49,314 bases of DNA from positions 1-49,314 of IMG/VR virus record IMGVR_UViG_3300049205_000009; one strand, written 5' to 3'. A program made the position numbers and the translations under genes. Origin of the DNA: a virus (lineage: Duplodnaviria > Caudoviricetes). The first letter of the stretch is position 1, and each line of letters opens with the position of its first letter. Shown piece by piece: positions 1-10,957 of this stretch. Below the pieces are notes generated by a model, which saw nothing but the letters and a program-made list of their open reading frames with translations, did not search any database and was not told the DNA's origin.

Positions 1-2472
1 TTCTTGTTCAGCTACTTTAGCTGATACTACAACACTATCTAATTCAGTAGGTCTGTATAATACTCCATTAGATTGAATAGTCTTAATAGTATTATCAGGA
101 TTAACCTCAGATACTACTCCTCTAATTTCTGAGCCATCTTGCTTTTTATTTGCAACTACAGAATCTCCAAGTTGTGCTGTGTTTGAGAGCACCTTTTCAA
201 CAGGTTTGTTGATTTCGGTTGATACCTTAGAGGCAGTCTCAGCTTGTTTAACTTGAGCTTCACTTTGTTTAATTATTTGTTTAGCCTCAGTATTAGATTT
301 AGTAGCTTCACTAATCATAAAGCTCATTCCTTTTTGAGTAGAAGGATTAGCAAGAAGATCATATCGCTTAATAGAAGTATTAAGTGCAGTCTTCATTTCA
401 ACCAAACTCTTCTCAGCAAGCTTTAATTCATCCTTGAGTACTCTAGACTTTGTTGATCTAGGCTTTACAAAATCCTCTCCCTGACGCTCAATAAACTCTT
501 GCTTAGCCTTTTCGAGCTTATTGATAAGTTTCTTGTTGTAATCAACATCTTTAATAAGCTTCTTTGCAAGCTTCTCACCGAACTGACTAAACCATGCTTG
601 ATCAGTTGTAGACTTAATATCTTTTATAGTATTCTTAAGAGAGTTATTCTCTCTAACTAGACTATTTTTATCCTGTATGATTTGCTCATACTCATTAGTA
701 GGTCTAAATTGATCTCTAAGAGCATCTACTTTAGGAGTAAAGTTTTGAATCTCCTTGTTAAGTTCATCCTGTAGGATAGCCTCTCTGAATAGAGACTGTC
801 TAACCTTACGACCCTCTTTAGAATCACCTATCTGAAAGCGTTCAGATATCATGTTATAAAGCTCCTCATAACGAGTTGCTTTGGATTTTAACTCCTCTAC
901 TTTGTTCTTATCCTTATAACCGGATACAAATTCATCATCAGACAAAGCTTCAATCTCGTCTATTTGATCATGAAGTTTCTGACCTAATCCAGCTTCAAAA
1001 TTGGCAAAAGCATATTCTGCAAATTTCAATGACTCAAATACATTCCAGAAGTTCTCTTTTCCTTTTAGTTGTTGTACTTTAGAAAGCTTGTCAAGTGTAT
1101 CAAATCCCTTAAGATTATCTATTACAGAGCTAACACGTTCATCAACCTTCTCTTTACCAGAGTTAAATAATTCAAGATCATTCTTTACTTCTGAGAGTCT
1201 TTGTTTCTCAGATTTAGAGTTCGCTGAGAATGCAGTAGCCGCACCTCCGAATAAACCACCAAGAATAGAACCGGTACCAATAGCGTCCCATCCCTCCTTA
1301 GTCGTAAAATTTTCCCCCATTTTAGAGAATAATCCAGCGATACCATCTTCAACTTCAGTTTCCCAAGGTCTAATCTCATTTCTATCATTTCCCGTAAATC
1401 TCTCGTATACATAATCCTGAACAGCTTTTTGAAAGTTCTCTTCAATTGGACCTTCAGTAATCATGTTGATACCGGCGTCAGATGCAGCTTTATTCAGAGC
1501 ATAACGCTTAGGTACAGCGATACCCTTTTTAGTCGCTTGAAGTAATTGATCTCTAGACTTTGCAAAGTTTTTAAACCATGTGCCAGCTTGAATATATTCA
1601 ATCGGCATCAATGCATAATTAAGACCAAATGTAGCCATAGCAGCTTTACCAGCTTCACTAGATGCTTCCTCAGGAGAAAGACCCTTAGCTATAAGCTTAT
1701 CATATACCATGTTTCTGGTATCTCTAGCTTCAACCATACCTTCAGTTGTACGTGCCAAAAATGCAGCAGTGATCTGTTCAGTTTTCTGAAGATTCTTAGC
1801 AATAGCTGTAGTAGCCTCAGCACCCATTCCTCTAGCAGCACTAATCTTAGAAAGATATCTAGCTTTAGTAAGAGGTCTAAGTGCTCCTACACCAGCATAA
1901 GCGGTAAGATAAGCAGATAATATAAATGGTACACCCTCACCTAGAATATCATCAGTCCAGAATTCAAGGTCAGTAAGTGCTCTATGTAGAATGTTTTTGT
2001 CATTATCCTTTACAGAATTGTAAATAGGAAAGAGTTCTTCATTAACATAACTCTGAGCATCATTAATAGCTTCAGAGATACCGTTATCAAAAAGAACGTT
2101 AGCATCACCAGATGCAATAGCCTGTGGAATAGCAGCAACAGATGCTCCTGCACTAGCTATATCAGCTATAGTATTACCTACCAGTTTACCTAAACCAGCA
2201 CCAAATGACTTAAGAACTCCAAAGCGATTAGCTCTTAGTTCTTGATTATCACCATATGTTTTTAATTGGAAATCATACTTGTCTGGACGAACATCATATC
2301 CTGCTGTACCAGCACCAAGTCTTGCTAACTCTTGAGGAGATTCCCCAAGGGTCATACGTCTAGCCTTCTCTATCTGATCTTCAGATACATTACCTTTAGT
2401 AAATACTTTCTTTGGTTCGCCTGTAAGAGTACTATCAAGTGAACTGTTGATCAGAGAATCATTAATTTCCAT
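1..2472 (-). CDS. Large virion cargo/ejection protein, N-terminal 824 aa (runs off left edge); not in the ORF track
   Basis: ATG at 2472 overlaps the end of the upstream gene. It translates MEINDSLINSSLDSTLTGEPKK...LKSFGAGLGKLVGNTIADIASAG...EFWTDDILGEGVPFILSAYL... and a spot check near 1460 is in the same frame (MITEGPIEENFQ...EGWDAIGTGSILGGLFGG). Gly/Ala-rich hydrophobic helices and the EGxxEExxQ motif are typical of crAss-like membrane-inserting cargo proteins. It sits after the muzzle and cargo genes. Frame was spot-checked, not read codon by codon. Confidence 0.75.
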   Translation of the reverse strand, partial: MEINDSLINSSLDSTLTGEPKKVFTKGNVSEDQIEKARRMTLGESPQELARLGAGTAGYDVRPDKYDFQLKTYGDNQELRANRFGVLKSFGAGLGKLVGNTIADIASAGASVAAIPQAIASGDANVLFDNGISEAINDAQSYVNEELFPIYNSVKDNDKNILHRALTDLEFWTDDILGEGVPFILSAYLTAYAGVGALRPLTKARYLSKISAARGMGAEATTAIAKNLQKTEQITAAFLARTTEGMVEARDTRNMVYDKLIAKGLSPEEASSEAGKAAMATFGLNYALMPIEYIQAGTWFKNFAKSRDQLLQATKKGIAVPKRYALNKAASDAGINMITEGPIEENFQKAVQDYVYERFTGNDRNEIRPWETEVEDGIAGLFSKMGENFTTKEGWDAIGTGSILGGLFGGAATAFSANSKSEKQRLSEVKNDLELFNSGKEKVDERVSSVIDNLKGFDTLDKLSKVQQLKGKENFWNVFESLKFAEYAFANFEAGLGQKLHDQIDEIEALSDDEFVSGYKDKNKVEELKSKATRYEELYNMISERFQIGDSKEGRKVRQSLFREAILQDELNKEIQNFTPKVDALRDQFRPTNEYEQIIQDKNSLVRENNSLKNTIKDIKSTTDQAWFSQFGEKLAKKLIKDVDYNKKLINKLEKAKQEFIERQGEDFVKPRSTKSRVLKDELKLAEKSLVEMKTALNTSIKRYDLLANPSTQKGMSFMISEATKSNTEAKQIIKQSEAQVKQAETASKVSTEINKPVEKVLSNTAQLGDSVVANKKQDGSEIRGVVSEVNPDNTIKTIQSNGVLYRPTELDSVVVSAKVAEQE

Positions 2473-4381
2473 TAACCGATTTTGCTAAATTATTTAAAAA
2501 TTTTACCGCTGCTCCTGTTGAAGGGAATGCAACACGCTTCTTTCCATCATTAAGAACTACTGTAACATTAGAAGGACCAGTCTCAGCATTACGTTTGATT
2601 TCCACATCAGCAGCTAGATTACCAATTCTAACATTACCTCCAAAGGAACCTATTTGCCTAGATATATCTAAATCTAGTGGATCAATATATCCTTTTTTGA
2701 TAAGATGTTGTGTAAGTTCTGGTGGAGCTTGTATTGATACTTTATTTTGACTAGGTACAAAGTTACCATGCTTATCAGCTTCACCTGTTTTATATACTAA
2801 TTGTACTTCACCATTGTCTGTTGTCCATCCAAGGTTCTCAGTCATAGTACCATATTCATTAAGCTCAGTAAGTTCCCTACCCGTAGCTATATCCTTAGCT
2901 TTTACAAATCCCCATTCACCAGCTATAATTCTATTACCAATCATATCCATTTCAGACCTTGCTCCTTTACCAAAAGTTGTTACTCCACGTACATCTGTAC
3001 GATCTTTAGCATTCTTTTTAAGAGCTGTTCTATAAGCTTTCATTGAAGGATCAGAAGATTGATCAAGAGCTTTCTCATAAGCACGTTGAGCAGCTTCCTT
3101 ACGTTGTTCCTCAGTAGTACCACCATCCCTAGAACTAGATGCCATACCAGCAGTGTATGCTTGGTGATAAGCCTTTTCAGCCTCACGTAAAACTTGTTCA
3201 TTAGGAGTCCAGTTATTAGGAAGACCAGCATCACGTTTAGCAGCTTGTTCGATCTCAGATAGTTCCCATTTCTGAGCATCTACTTGATCAAGTTTTTGGT
3301 TATATAAACTCACTTCATCAGAGTAATCTACACCAGACTTAGATAATCCTGTAAGAGGATCAATCGTATCACCATTATTCTTTAGAAACTTTCCGAATTC
3401 ATCATTAATAGATTGTTTTTGAGAACCTAAAGCTTTACCAGAGTTTCTTAAATCAGTTGGACTAGCTACACCTTGCTTAGCTGGAATACCCCAGTTAATA
3501 TCAAATGTATAACCTGAACCAATCTCATCTTCCTTCTGTTTAGCTCTATAATTACCAGCTTCTCCTAGCTTAAATTCAAGGTCTTTCTTATTAAATGCAG
3601 CTTTTTGAGTATATGCTTCCATAAGAGGAGCAGCATGATTAAGGAAATCACCAGCGTTTTTAATCTCTACACCACTAGCTTGTGCATCTTGCAATATAAA
3701 CTGTTGTACTTCAGGATCAGACCAGGCAAGTAATTGTAATCCTTGTCTTACTTCATCAGCATCTACACGTTCATTAGTATTATTAGCGTAATACTCAACT
3801 AATCCAGTAACAGGGTCTTTAACTTGGTATACTCCATTAGGAGCTTTATCTGATTTGTAATCATTTATAAACTTCTCATACACACCTTTGAGATCAACAT
3901 TCTTAGCGAATGAATCAGCCTGTAAGTATTGAGGCATTCCATCTTGATCATAGGTTAAACCCTTTTTGGACCTAAGTTGTGATAAAAGGTATTGTTGATG
4001 ATGTTTAGGGAGTTCAGACGATGCTATTGCCTTTTCAGCAGACTGATATCGAGAGAGATTCTCTTTAATAGGTGTAGCTTGTTTAGCGTACTCTTTAGCA
4101 AGTGATCTCATCTCATTTTGCATTTGATCAAAATCACCTCTAGCAGCAGCTTCATTAATTTTACCAGTAACATTACTAAGTAAGGCTTTCTTAGCCTCAC
4201 GATCACCCTCTAATGGGGATGTTTGTAAAGATTCAGATAACTCTCCAAGAAGAGAATATCCTTCTTGAACTTGATTATAACGATCTTGTACAGCAGTAGA
4301 TGCTCTAAGATACTCATCAAGAGGTGCTCCTACATATTGAGGTACGTAGTTATTATACTTAAGTTCACTAAATAATGGCAT
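2462..4381 (-). CDS. Virion cargo/internal protein (crAss cargo protein 2-like), 639 aa
   Basis: N-terminal YVPQYVGAPLD motif, helical composition, and position between cargo genes as in crAss-like genomes. Confidence 0.6.
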   Translation of the reverse strand: MPLFSELKYNNYVPQYVGAPLDEYLRASTAVQDRYNQVQEGYSLLGELSESLQTSPLEGDREAKKALLSNVTGKINEAAARGDFDQMQNEMRSLAKEYAKQATPIKENLSRYQSAEKAIASSELPKHHQQYLLSQLRSKKGLTYDQDGMPQYLQADSFAKNVDLKGVYEKFINDYKSDKAPNGVYQVKDPVTGLVEYYANNTNERVDADEVRQGLQLLAWSDPEVQQFILQDAQASGVEIKNAGDFLNHAAPLMEAYTQKAAFNKKDLEFKLGEAGNYRAKQKEDEIGSGYTFDINWGIPAKQGVASPTDLRNSGKALGSQKQSINDEFGKFLKNNGDTIDPLTGLSKSGVDYSDEVSLYNQKLDQVDAQKWELSEIEQAAKRDAGLPNNWTPNEQVLREAEKAYHQAYTAGMASSSRDGGTTEEQRKEAAQRAYEKALDQSSDPSMKAYRTALKKNAKDRTDVRGVTTFGKGARSEMDMIGNRIIAGEWGFVKAKDIATGRELTELNEYGTMTENLGWTTDNGEVQLVYKTGEADKHGNFVPSQNKVSIQAPPELTQHLIKKGYIDPLDLDISRQIGSFGGNVRIGNLAADVEIKRNAETGPSNVTVVLNDGKKRVAFPSTGAAVKFLNNLAKSVNGN

Positions 4382-6258
4382 TAGATGTCGCGGTTAAACA
4401 GTTTCTTATATAGTGCAGATAATTTAGCTTTTTGTTCAGAACCTCTTTGTGTAAGAATTAATTTTCTAAGTTCTGGTTCATTATCTCTATATAGTTCTTC
4501 AAATGTAGCAGTATCAGCAAATTGATATATGGCATCAGGATTAGTTTTCATGAGCATTCTCATAGCATCTTTATCTCTAGCCATTAGATTCTTCTCACGA
4601 TTGATATTAGCTATATCAGAACCAAAGTCAGATAACACCCCTGCATAACGAGAATTGACATCATCTGTCCTCATCATGTCCATTTGATTACGTTGATTGC
4701 TGAGTGCATCATTAGAGCGTCTACCTTGATAATCAGCATAAGCTGCTTGATTAGTTAATTGAGCCTCAGCATTAACCTTGTTACCTTGTAGTTCACCAGT
4801 TGCTCTCCATTTATCAGCAACAAGCTTAGCTTTATTAGCATTAGCTACACCAGCAGAAGATGTTCCTTGATCAATTGCTCTAGAAGTAGTAGCTACATCC
4901 TCATTAATCTTTTTAATTTGTGGATCAATGTTGATCTTAGTCTGCATCCTTGGAGGAGCAGTATATGTAGGACTAGGTACACTTGGAGTATTCTTTGTAG
5001 CAATAAGATTAGCTACATTATCCAAAAACGGAGCAGTGGAACCAAGTATATCACCAAAGCTTTTCTTGCTATTCATCATAGAAGTAGCCTGAGGAGCAGC
5101 AGGCGTAGTTGGAGAAGTACCAGCAGTTGGTAAACCTGGATTAGATTCAGTTTGCTTAAACATACCCTCAACAGCAGCTTGAAGACCTTGACGTACTGGC
5201 TTCTTACGTTGAATAAAACCACCATCATTAAATACTGGCTTACCTACAACTGGTTTTGGACCAGCTATAATAGCTTGCATCTTAGTGTTTACATTACTTG
5301 TAGCGTCAGGTAGAATAGGCTTAGTTGGAATCTCAAGAGGTTTCTTTGTAATCTTTTTAACTGGTTTCTTAGCTAAGTTACCACTATCATCAATATACAA
5401 ATCTTCGCCTTTACCTAAGTTAGTTGATCCACCATACCATTGACGTTCTGGATTGTTCCAAGGTTCGTCAGTACTTAGATTCTTAAGTGGTTTGTCAGGA
5501 GTAGTAGTTTTCTTAGGTGTAAGAAGTTTACCATCTTGACCTATTTGAGGAAGATTATATGCTTTATCTGATTCAAAGACTCTTCCGCCTCTTAAATATT
5601 TAAACTTTGCCATACCACCACTGTTAAAAATTGTTTTTTTATCTTTTTTAAGATTTGTACTACCATCCATTAAATCTCTAATATAAGGTTCGATTACCTT
5701 GTGAGCGTTATATTCAACCGAACCTTTTCTATCGTATTGTCTCTCGTAACCGTCACTAGAAATATATGGATCCTTAAACCAGTCCGATATACTTCTGAAG
5801 ATCACATTACTTTGTGCAGCATGGCTAGCCTCATCGGCATAATCCCCATACCGTTGAATCTTCATTGTATTAGTAATTGCGTTGTAATGCGACCTATCTA
5901 TCCCTGGATCTAATTCTACTGATGGATTACCTACTCTCTCATGTATTTCATACAATCTATCTAAGGACTCACCAGGAGATTTACCATTTTTCCCACTTCT
6001 AGCTAAATGTTTGAGAACTTGTCTGGTGTTATCACTATCTGAAACATTCGCATTTATGGACTTATTAGTATTACCATACTTTTTAAATTGTTCATTAGAT
6101 GTCCCATTATAATCAGTATTGTATCTTTCATTGTTAAATATAAATTCCTGCAATCCTTTAGTTCTAGCCTTGGCATAGGCTTTTTTAAAGGATTTCTCTG
6201 CGGAAAAATCTTCTACTCCCCAATTTTTGGGATTTAACCATAATGGAAATTTAGGCAT
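4381..6258 (-). CDS. Cargo protein 1-like C-terminal part with a degenerate zincin-like insert (probable start MPKFPLW at 6258)
   Basis: SFKKAYAKARTKGLQEFIFNNERYNT motif, DEASHAAQ...VEYNAH segment, Pro-rich linker, and the APFLDNVANL...INIDPQI...ANANKAKL helical region seen in crAss cargo proteins. The ATG at 6258 overlaps the upstream stop. Confidence 0.6.
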   Translation of the reverse strand: MPKFPLWLNPKNWGVEDFSAEKSFKKAYAKARTKGLQEFIFNNERYNTDYNGTSNEQFKKYGNTNKSINANVSDSDNTRQVLKHLARSGKNGKSPGESLDRLYEIHERVGNPSVELDPGIDRSHYNAITNTMKIQRYGDYADEASHAAQSNVIFRSISDWFKDPYISSDGYERQYDRKGSVEYNAHKVIEPYIRDLMDGSTNLKKDKKTIFNSGGMAKFKYLRGGRVFESDKAYNLPQIGQDGKLLTPKKTTTPDKPLKNLSTDEPWNNPERQWYGGSTNLGKGEDLYIDDSGNLAKKPVKKITKKPLEIPTKPILPDATSNVNTKMQAIIAGPKPVVGKPVFNDGGFIQRKKPVRQGLQAAVEGMFKQTESNPGLPTAGTSPTTPAAPQATSMMNSKKSFGDILGSTAPFLDNVANLIATKNTPSVPSPTYTAPPRMQTKINIDPQIKKINEDVATTSRAIDQGTSSAGVANANKAKLVADKWRATGELQGNKVNAEAQLTNQAAYADYQGRRSNDALSNQRNQMDMMRTDDVNSRYAGVLSDFGSDIANINREKNLMARDKDAMRMLMKTNPDAIYQFADTATFEELYRDNEPELRKLILTQRGSEQKAKLSALYKKLFNRDI

Positions 6259-7045
6259 TTTTAAAATGTTCTTGATGTTGAAAAAGTAACTCCAATCTTT
6301 TATTGATCTTTTCAATCATTCTAGTAGCTGTATTATGAGCAGCTTCATCAGTAGCATATTTAAGTTTAGACTCAAATTTACCCTTTTCCTTTCCCCATAA
6401 CTCGGCTTGCTTAGCATATGTAATGCCCTCCGGTGTTCTCAGAGCATCTGAGAATATAATCGTATCGGACGTTGAGTTGAAACCAATACCACCAGAAGAT
6501 GAATCATGGGATGCTCCCTCGAACTTAGAGACATTGGAGGCAAGAGGATTCATTTCTCCATTCTGATCAGTAAGTGGCATAGAGTTCGAGACAGCCACTT
6601 CACCACCCTCAGCCAAAGCATTTGTAAGGAATGATGGAATTTGTCCACCATATTTAGCATAATAACCAGATACTTCAACACCTTGAGTTGGATAATTTTG
6701 AAGTACTTGTTGTGACGAATCTCTAATAGACTGTTCAAATCGTCTACGTTGAGTTTCTTCCGCACGTTGTTTCTCTCTACGTGCTTTACCACCATTAATA
6801 CCACCCATTACACCGCCTATAATAGCTCCTGCTGCGGCACCAATAGGACCAGCGACAGCACCCATACTAGCACCTGACAGTGCTCCTGATGCTGCGCCAG
6901 ACCCTGTTGAAGGATCATCTGCATCTAGTTGGGAAATAAAGCTACCAAGGACACCTGCACCTTGTTGAATGTTGGTTCCCATATCAGGATTCTTCCATTG
7001 GAATCCTCCCATTTGATACTTATATCTTTTCCCTATATCTAGCAT
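6251..7045 (-). CDS. Cargo protein 1-like N-terminal part with glycine-zipper hydrophobic segment, 264 aa
   Basis: GAASGALSGASMGAVAGPIGAAAGAIIGG glycine zipper and AEGGEV...EGASHDSSSGGI...IFSD motifs. Lies directly after the muzzle gene. Confidence 0.65.
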   Translation of the reverse strand: MLDIGKRYKYQMGGFQWKNPDMGTNIQQGAGVLGSFISQLDADDPSTGSGAASGALSGASMGAVAGPIGAAAGAIIGGVMGGINGGKARREKQRAEETQRRRFEQSIRDSSQQVLQNYPTQGVEVSGYYAKYGGQIPSFLTNALAEGGEVAVSNSMPLTDQNGEMNPLASNVSKFEGASHDSSSGGIGFNSTSDTIIFSDALRTPEGITYAKQAELWGKEKGKFESKLKYATDEAAHNTATRMIEKINKRLELLFQHQEHFKNA

Positions 7046-7057
7046 ATCAGATTTCCA

Positions 7058-10000
7058 TTACCTTCCAGACTTCCTCATTAACGTACTGACATCATACAAA
7101 AATAACGTATTCTGATCAGTATTATCGTATGTTAGTTTCATAGCAAGCCACTTATCTACAAAGCGTCTTTGCTTAAACCATGACATACTTGAATTCAAGT
7201 TACTGAGTATCAGTCCACTAGAGTCCATAAATGGAAGTGATCTATCTCTTACCACATCGTAAAAGTTATTGAAATTCCATGTCGTTTCAGAGTTGAATAT
7301 ATTGTTAGGGTAGCTTAATGTTATATTACCTGAACACTGGTAAGAGTTATATAACAAAATTTCAGTAAATGTCTTATGGAAAAGAGATGTGCCAGAAGAG
7401 TTAACCAATTCTGTATTCCATGAGACTGATCTAAAGTGCTTATTAACTACATTATCTATGTTAACAACTGGTGTTATATATGTCGGATAAACAGTTTGAT
7501 CATAGTAACTAGCCTTAGTAGTATGATTATGTTCATATACTACATTGTCCTTAATACTAAACACCTTATTACGTGTACCAATCATCCAATCTGGTACATA
7601 GTCATGAAAGCTTACAAATCCTTCTATATCTGGTGAATAACTTAGAGTAAATGAATTCTCACCCTTCTTAGATATAATAAGTCTGTTATACTTCTCATCA
7701 TACGCTATAGTGATACCTGTTGAAGTAAATGGATTATCCACTACTGGATCATTTATAAAGTTATCACGTAGATAATTACGTAAGCCTTTAGATGATAATT
7801 CAGCTATCTTATCTGATACCACAAATAATTTACCCTGAGATGCATCAAAGAACACATAGCCTAATTTAGTAACACCACAACCAAACATGTTTTGATTACC
7901 TAGATAACCCATTTCAGATGCTAATACTTCCTTAGGTTCATTGGCAAATATTTCACCTGAGCCTACATATACATCTACTGTACCTGTTTTTAAAGATTGA
8001 GCACCTACAGTTCTGAATAGACTGTTCTCAAGATGTATGAGAAGAACATCATCATACGACTCTAGGTTAGTAATCTCACCTTTAGTTGTCAGCATATCCT
8101 TATAGTTATTAGGAAGAAATGTTCTCCAACCAGAGTCAGCTAGCTCATTTGAATTCTTCTCAGACATTATAATCCTATATGGGAATCGCTCAAGAGTATC
8201 AATTGTAGTATTACGAGGAAACACTGGATTAAATGTATTAACAACATTATAATCGGAATTGAACTCTATGATATATGGCTTAGATGAATCCCAATCTTTT
8301 AAGTAGCTGTTACGTAACGAAACATTACTTGAAATAGGATAACTAGACTTACCATAGTATTTACTATTGTTATCTACACCTTCATGACGCATTTTTATGT
8401 TTATGTTACATTCAGTAGCATAACGTCTTATGTATCTTAATCCATCAGGTATGTCATTGTTACCATCAGTTTGATCATCATCAATGATAGTATTATTAGC
8501 ATGATATAGATGCTTGAATATAGTAGATGTAAAGCTATAATCAGCTATATAATTATCTCCTCTAACTATTGTATTGACAGTACTAGTCGTACCAGATGCT
8601 ATAATATCACTTGATGCAACTAAGTCTTGTGTAGTGAATGGTGAGTATACGTTTCTAAGTAATTGACACAGATTACTCAAATATGTAGCTTCCTTAGTAT
8701 TAGCTGATGAATACCCAGCAGTATTAGTTGTTCTAGGTATTACGTTATCAGTGAATACACCAGGAAGTGTTAGTGTACCAGCTAATTCGATGTCGAGGGA
8801 TATGTACTCAGAGCTATAGTAATTATATATACTACCAGATATAACATTGTTTGGGACATATAGAGGATTGTTAGGAGTAACTGATCTTATAATATCAATG
8901 AATGATGCAGCAGTAGCTGTAGCATTACTAGATGATGTTACATAATCAATGAGTACATATTGCCTTAAATATGCATCCGTTACAGATTGAATAATTTGAC
9001 CAGATGTTGCACCAGAAGAGGCTAGAGAGGTAAGTAATATTTCATTACGTACATAACTAGGTACTACTTGTGGTTTATTAAGTATTAGATCAGGTGAGTG
9101 AAACGATACCTTTGTAGGACATGGTTTAGTTATAGGAGCATCAAGATCAATAAGGGGATTAGCCTTGACCAATGATGTTCTAGCATTAACTGGACCATAG
9201 TATACATTAGAATTAGGACTTAAATTAGATGTATTACCAGAGTGTTGATGAGCAAATATTAAATGTCCTTGTCCGACACACGTTTGATTATTAATATCTC
9301 TCTTAGCAAAGTATATCTGCCATCCATCAATCTGTGATTGAAGACCAGCAGGTACAATAACATTAGATGCTCTAAAGTATAATCTAGGTAATTTAGTTAA
9401 ACCTATTGCAGCTACATCTGCTGCTGAATAACCCAGGGTTACTCCATTAGTTTTAATGAAGTTGATTGAAGGAAACTTATGATGTCTAACTTTCTGACCA
9501 GCAAAGTCAGGAAAGTCTGTGGGATAGGTCTCATTCTCATTCTCCCAATAACTCATAGTACCATCAGTTAAACAAGTATCATATACTTGATATTTCTTAA
9601 CAGTACCTAAGGATGATGCAAATACAACATTATCTGTATCACCAGCGTTAGCTGTACGACCTGGAATATGATATGCAGGAGAATATGAACCATCTTTGTA
9701 TCTAAATACAATGTAGAAAGCATATATCTCAAATGCTCTAAAACAGTTTTCCTGAAGGTTATTTATAGCTTGTAGATTAGATGCAGAGTTACTTACATCT
9801 ATAAGTTGATGCTCCCATGTAATATCAATGTTGTTAGCATATGCTTGATAATCAAATGGAGCACGCGAGCCAAGATTACCTAGAACTAATCTATCATTGA
9901 TTACGGCAATAGCTTTAGCTGTTTGATATATACCTTGAGATTGTATTACAAGTTGCTCAAGATTAAGAGTAGTAGTTGTCTCGTTACCAGTGTATGTAAA

Positions 10001-10825
10001 GCTATAAGTGGTTGTCCCATCTACTATTTCAACTTGACCTACTTTATTGAATGTCTGTACTCCACCTATTACAGAGATCACTCCAATATTTAGAAATCTA
10101 TAACGATTATCTACACCAGATAGAACTAGTCTAATACTCTTAGAAGTAATAGTTCCAGCAGGAGCACCATCAAAACGAGCTGCACCTACAGATGTGGTAT
10201 CATCAGTTATCTTAACCGGACCTACAGCAGTAAAGTATCCTGTTTCAGTGTTATCCGTAGCAGTATATGAACATGAAAAGAAGTATGTACCAGACTTTAG
10301 AAACCCACCAGTGTTATTAAGTGATGTAGCTATGGTTGGTGGATCACCAGCAGAGAATATATTAAGTACGTTAATTGAACCACTTTGTGTAGGTACCTTA
10401 GTAACATCTACAGGAAAAGGTAATGTATCAATATTAAGTATTCTAGGAGGATTGTTATTATCAGTGAATGATATAATTCTCTCACCTCTATTAGATACTC
10501 TGAATCTACCCTTAACCGGATAATCTGTAGAGAGATTCAAACGATCAGAAACTGAGGTTGTTTTTAATACTCTAGTATACGTACCATTAGAAACTAAGCC
10601 TATTTCATCATAAGTAGGATCAGAGCAAAATACAACCCAATCATCATTATTTAATGTGATTGTACCTATAGGTGTAGCAGGTAATGTAAACAACTCATTA
10701 AAGCCATCCTCATTAGACATAGCATTATACTTCCTAGAGAAAAGCATATTTCTAGCGTCCAAGTAATAGCCTTCAGGAAGGTCTATTGGAGAGAGATCAG
10801 TATTAAGTCCTTTGTCTAATTTCAT
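7058..10825 (-). CDS. Tail muzzle/stabilization protein (P22 gp10-like, beta-propeller), 1255 aa
   Basis: MKLDKGLNTDLSP...YLDARN N-terminus, FTDNNNPPRILNI, RAFEIYAFYIVF and GFVSFHDYVP motifs, plus size and synteny of the crAss muzzle protein. Confidence 0.85.
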   Translation of the reverse strand: MKLDKGLNTDLSPIDLPEGYYLDARNMLFSRKYNAMSNEDGFNELFTLPATPIGTITLNNDDWVVFCSDPTYDEIGLVSNGTYTRVLKTTSVSDRLNLSTDYPVKGRFRVSNRGERIISFTDNNNPPRILNIDTLPFPVDVTKVPTQSGSINVLNIFSAGDPPTIATSLNNTGGFLKSGTYFFSCSYTATDNTETGYFTAVGPVKITDDTTSVGAARFDGAPAGTITSKSIRLVLSGVDNRYRFLNIGVISVIGGVQTFNKVGQVEIVDGTTTYSFTYTGNETTTTLNLEQLVIQSQGIYQTAKAIAVINDRLVLGNLGSRAPFDYQAYANNIDITWEHQLIDVSNSASNLQAINNLQENCFRAFEIYAFYIVFRYKDGSYSPAYHIPGRTANAGDTDNVVFASSLGTVKKYQVYDTCLTDGTMSYWENENETYPTDFPDFAGQKVRHHKFPSINFIKTNGVTLGYSAADVAAIGLTKLPRLYFRASNVIVPAGLQSQIDGWQIYFAKRDINNQTCVGQGHLIFAHQHSGNTSNLSPNSNVYYGPVNARTSLVKANPLIDLDAPITKPCPTKVSFHSPDLILNKPQVVPSYVRNEILLTSLASSGATSGQIIQSVTDAYLRQYVLIDYVTSSSNATATAASFIDIIRSVTPNNPLYVPNNVISGSIYNYYSSEYISLDIELAGTLTLPGVFTDNVIPRTTNTAGYSSANTKEATYLSNLCQLLRNVYSPFTTQDLVASSDIIASGTTSTVNTIVRGDNYIADYSFTSTIFKHLYHANNTIIDDDQTDGNNDIPDGLRYIRRYATECNINIKMRHEGVDNNSKYYGKSSYPISSNVSLRNSYLKDWDSSKPYIIEFNSDYNVVNTFNPVFPRNTTIDTLERFPYRIIMSEKNSNELADSGWRTFLPNNYKDMLTTKGEITNLESYDDVLLIHLENSLFRTVGAQSLKTGTVDVYVGSGEIFANEPKEVLASEMGYLGNQNMFGCGVTKLGYVFFDASQGKLFVVSDKIAELSSKGLRNYLRDNFINDPVVDNPFTSTGITIAYDEKYNRLIISKKGENSFTLSYSPDIEGFVSFHDYVPDWMIGTRNKVFSIKDNVVYEHNHTTKASYYDQTVYPTYITPVVNIDNVVNKHFRSVSWNTELVNSSGTSLFHKTFTEILLYNSYQCSGNITLSYPNNIFNSETTWNFNNFYDVVRDRSLPFMDSSGLILSNLNSSMSWFKQRRFVDKWLAMKLTYDNTDQNTLFLYDVSTLMRKSGR

Positions 10826-10956
10826 GATGAATGTGTAAAAAACTGCACATATCTTCCAGACTTGTGCTTGAACAAGTATCCTTGGTAATGTGGAGAAGCA
10901 TATACTATTTGTCCATAAAATCTTATGAAATCAAATAACTCCCGAGAAATATCCAT
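10822..10956 (-). CDS. Small hypothetical protein (44 aa; probable start MDISRELF)
   Basis: Fills the gap between the ring and muzzle genes, with ATGA overlap at 10822-10825. Confidence 0.4.
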   Translation of the reverse strand: MDISRELFDFIRFYGQIVYASPHYQGYLFKHKSGRYVQFFTHSS

Positions 10957-10957
10957 G

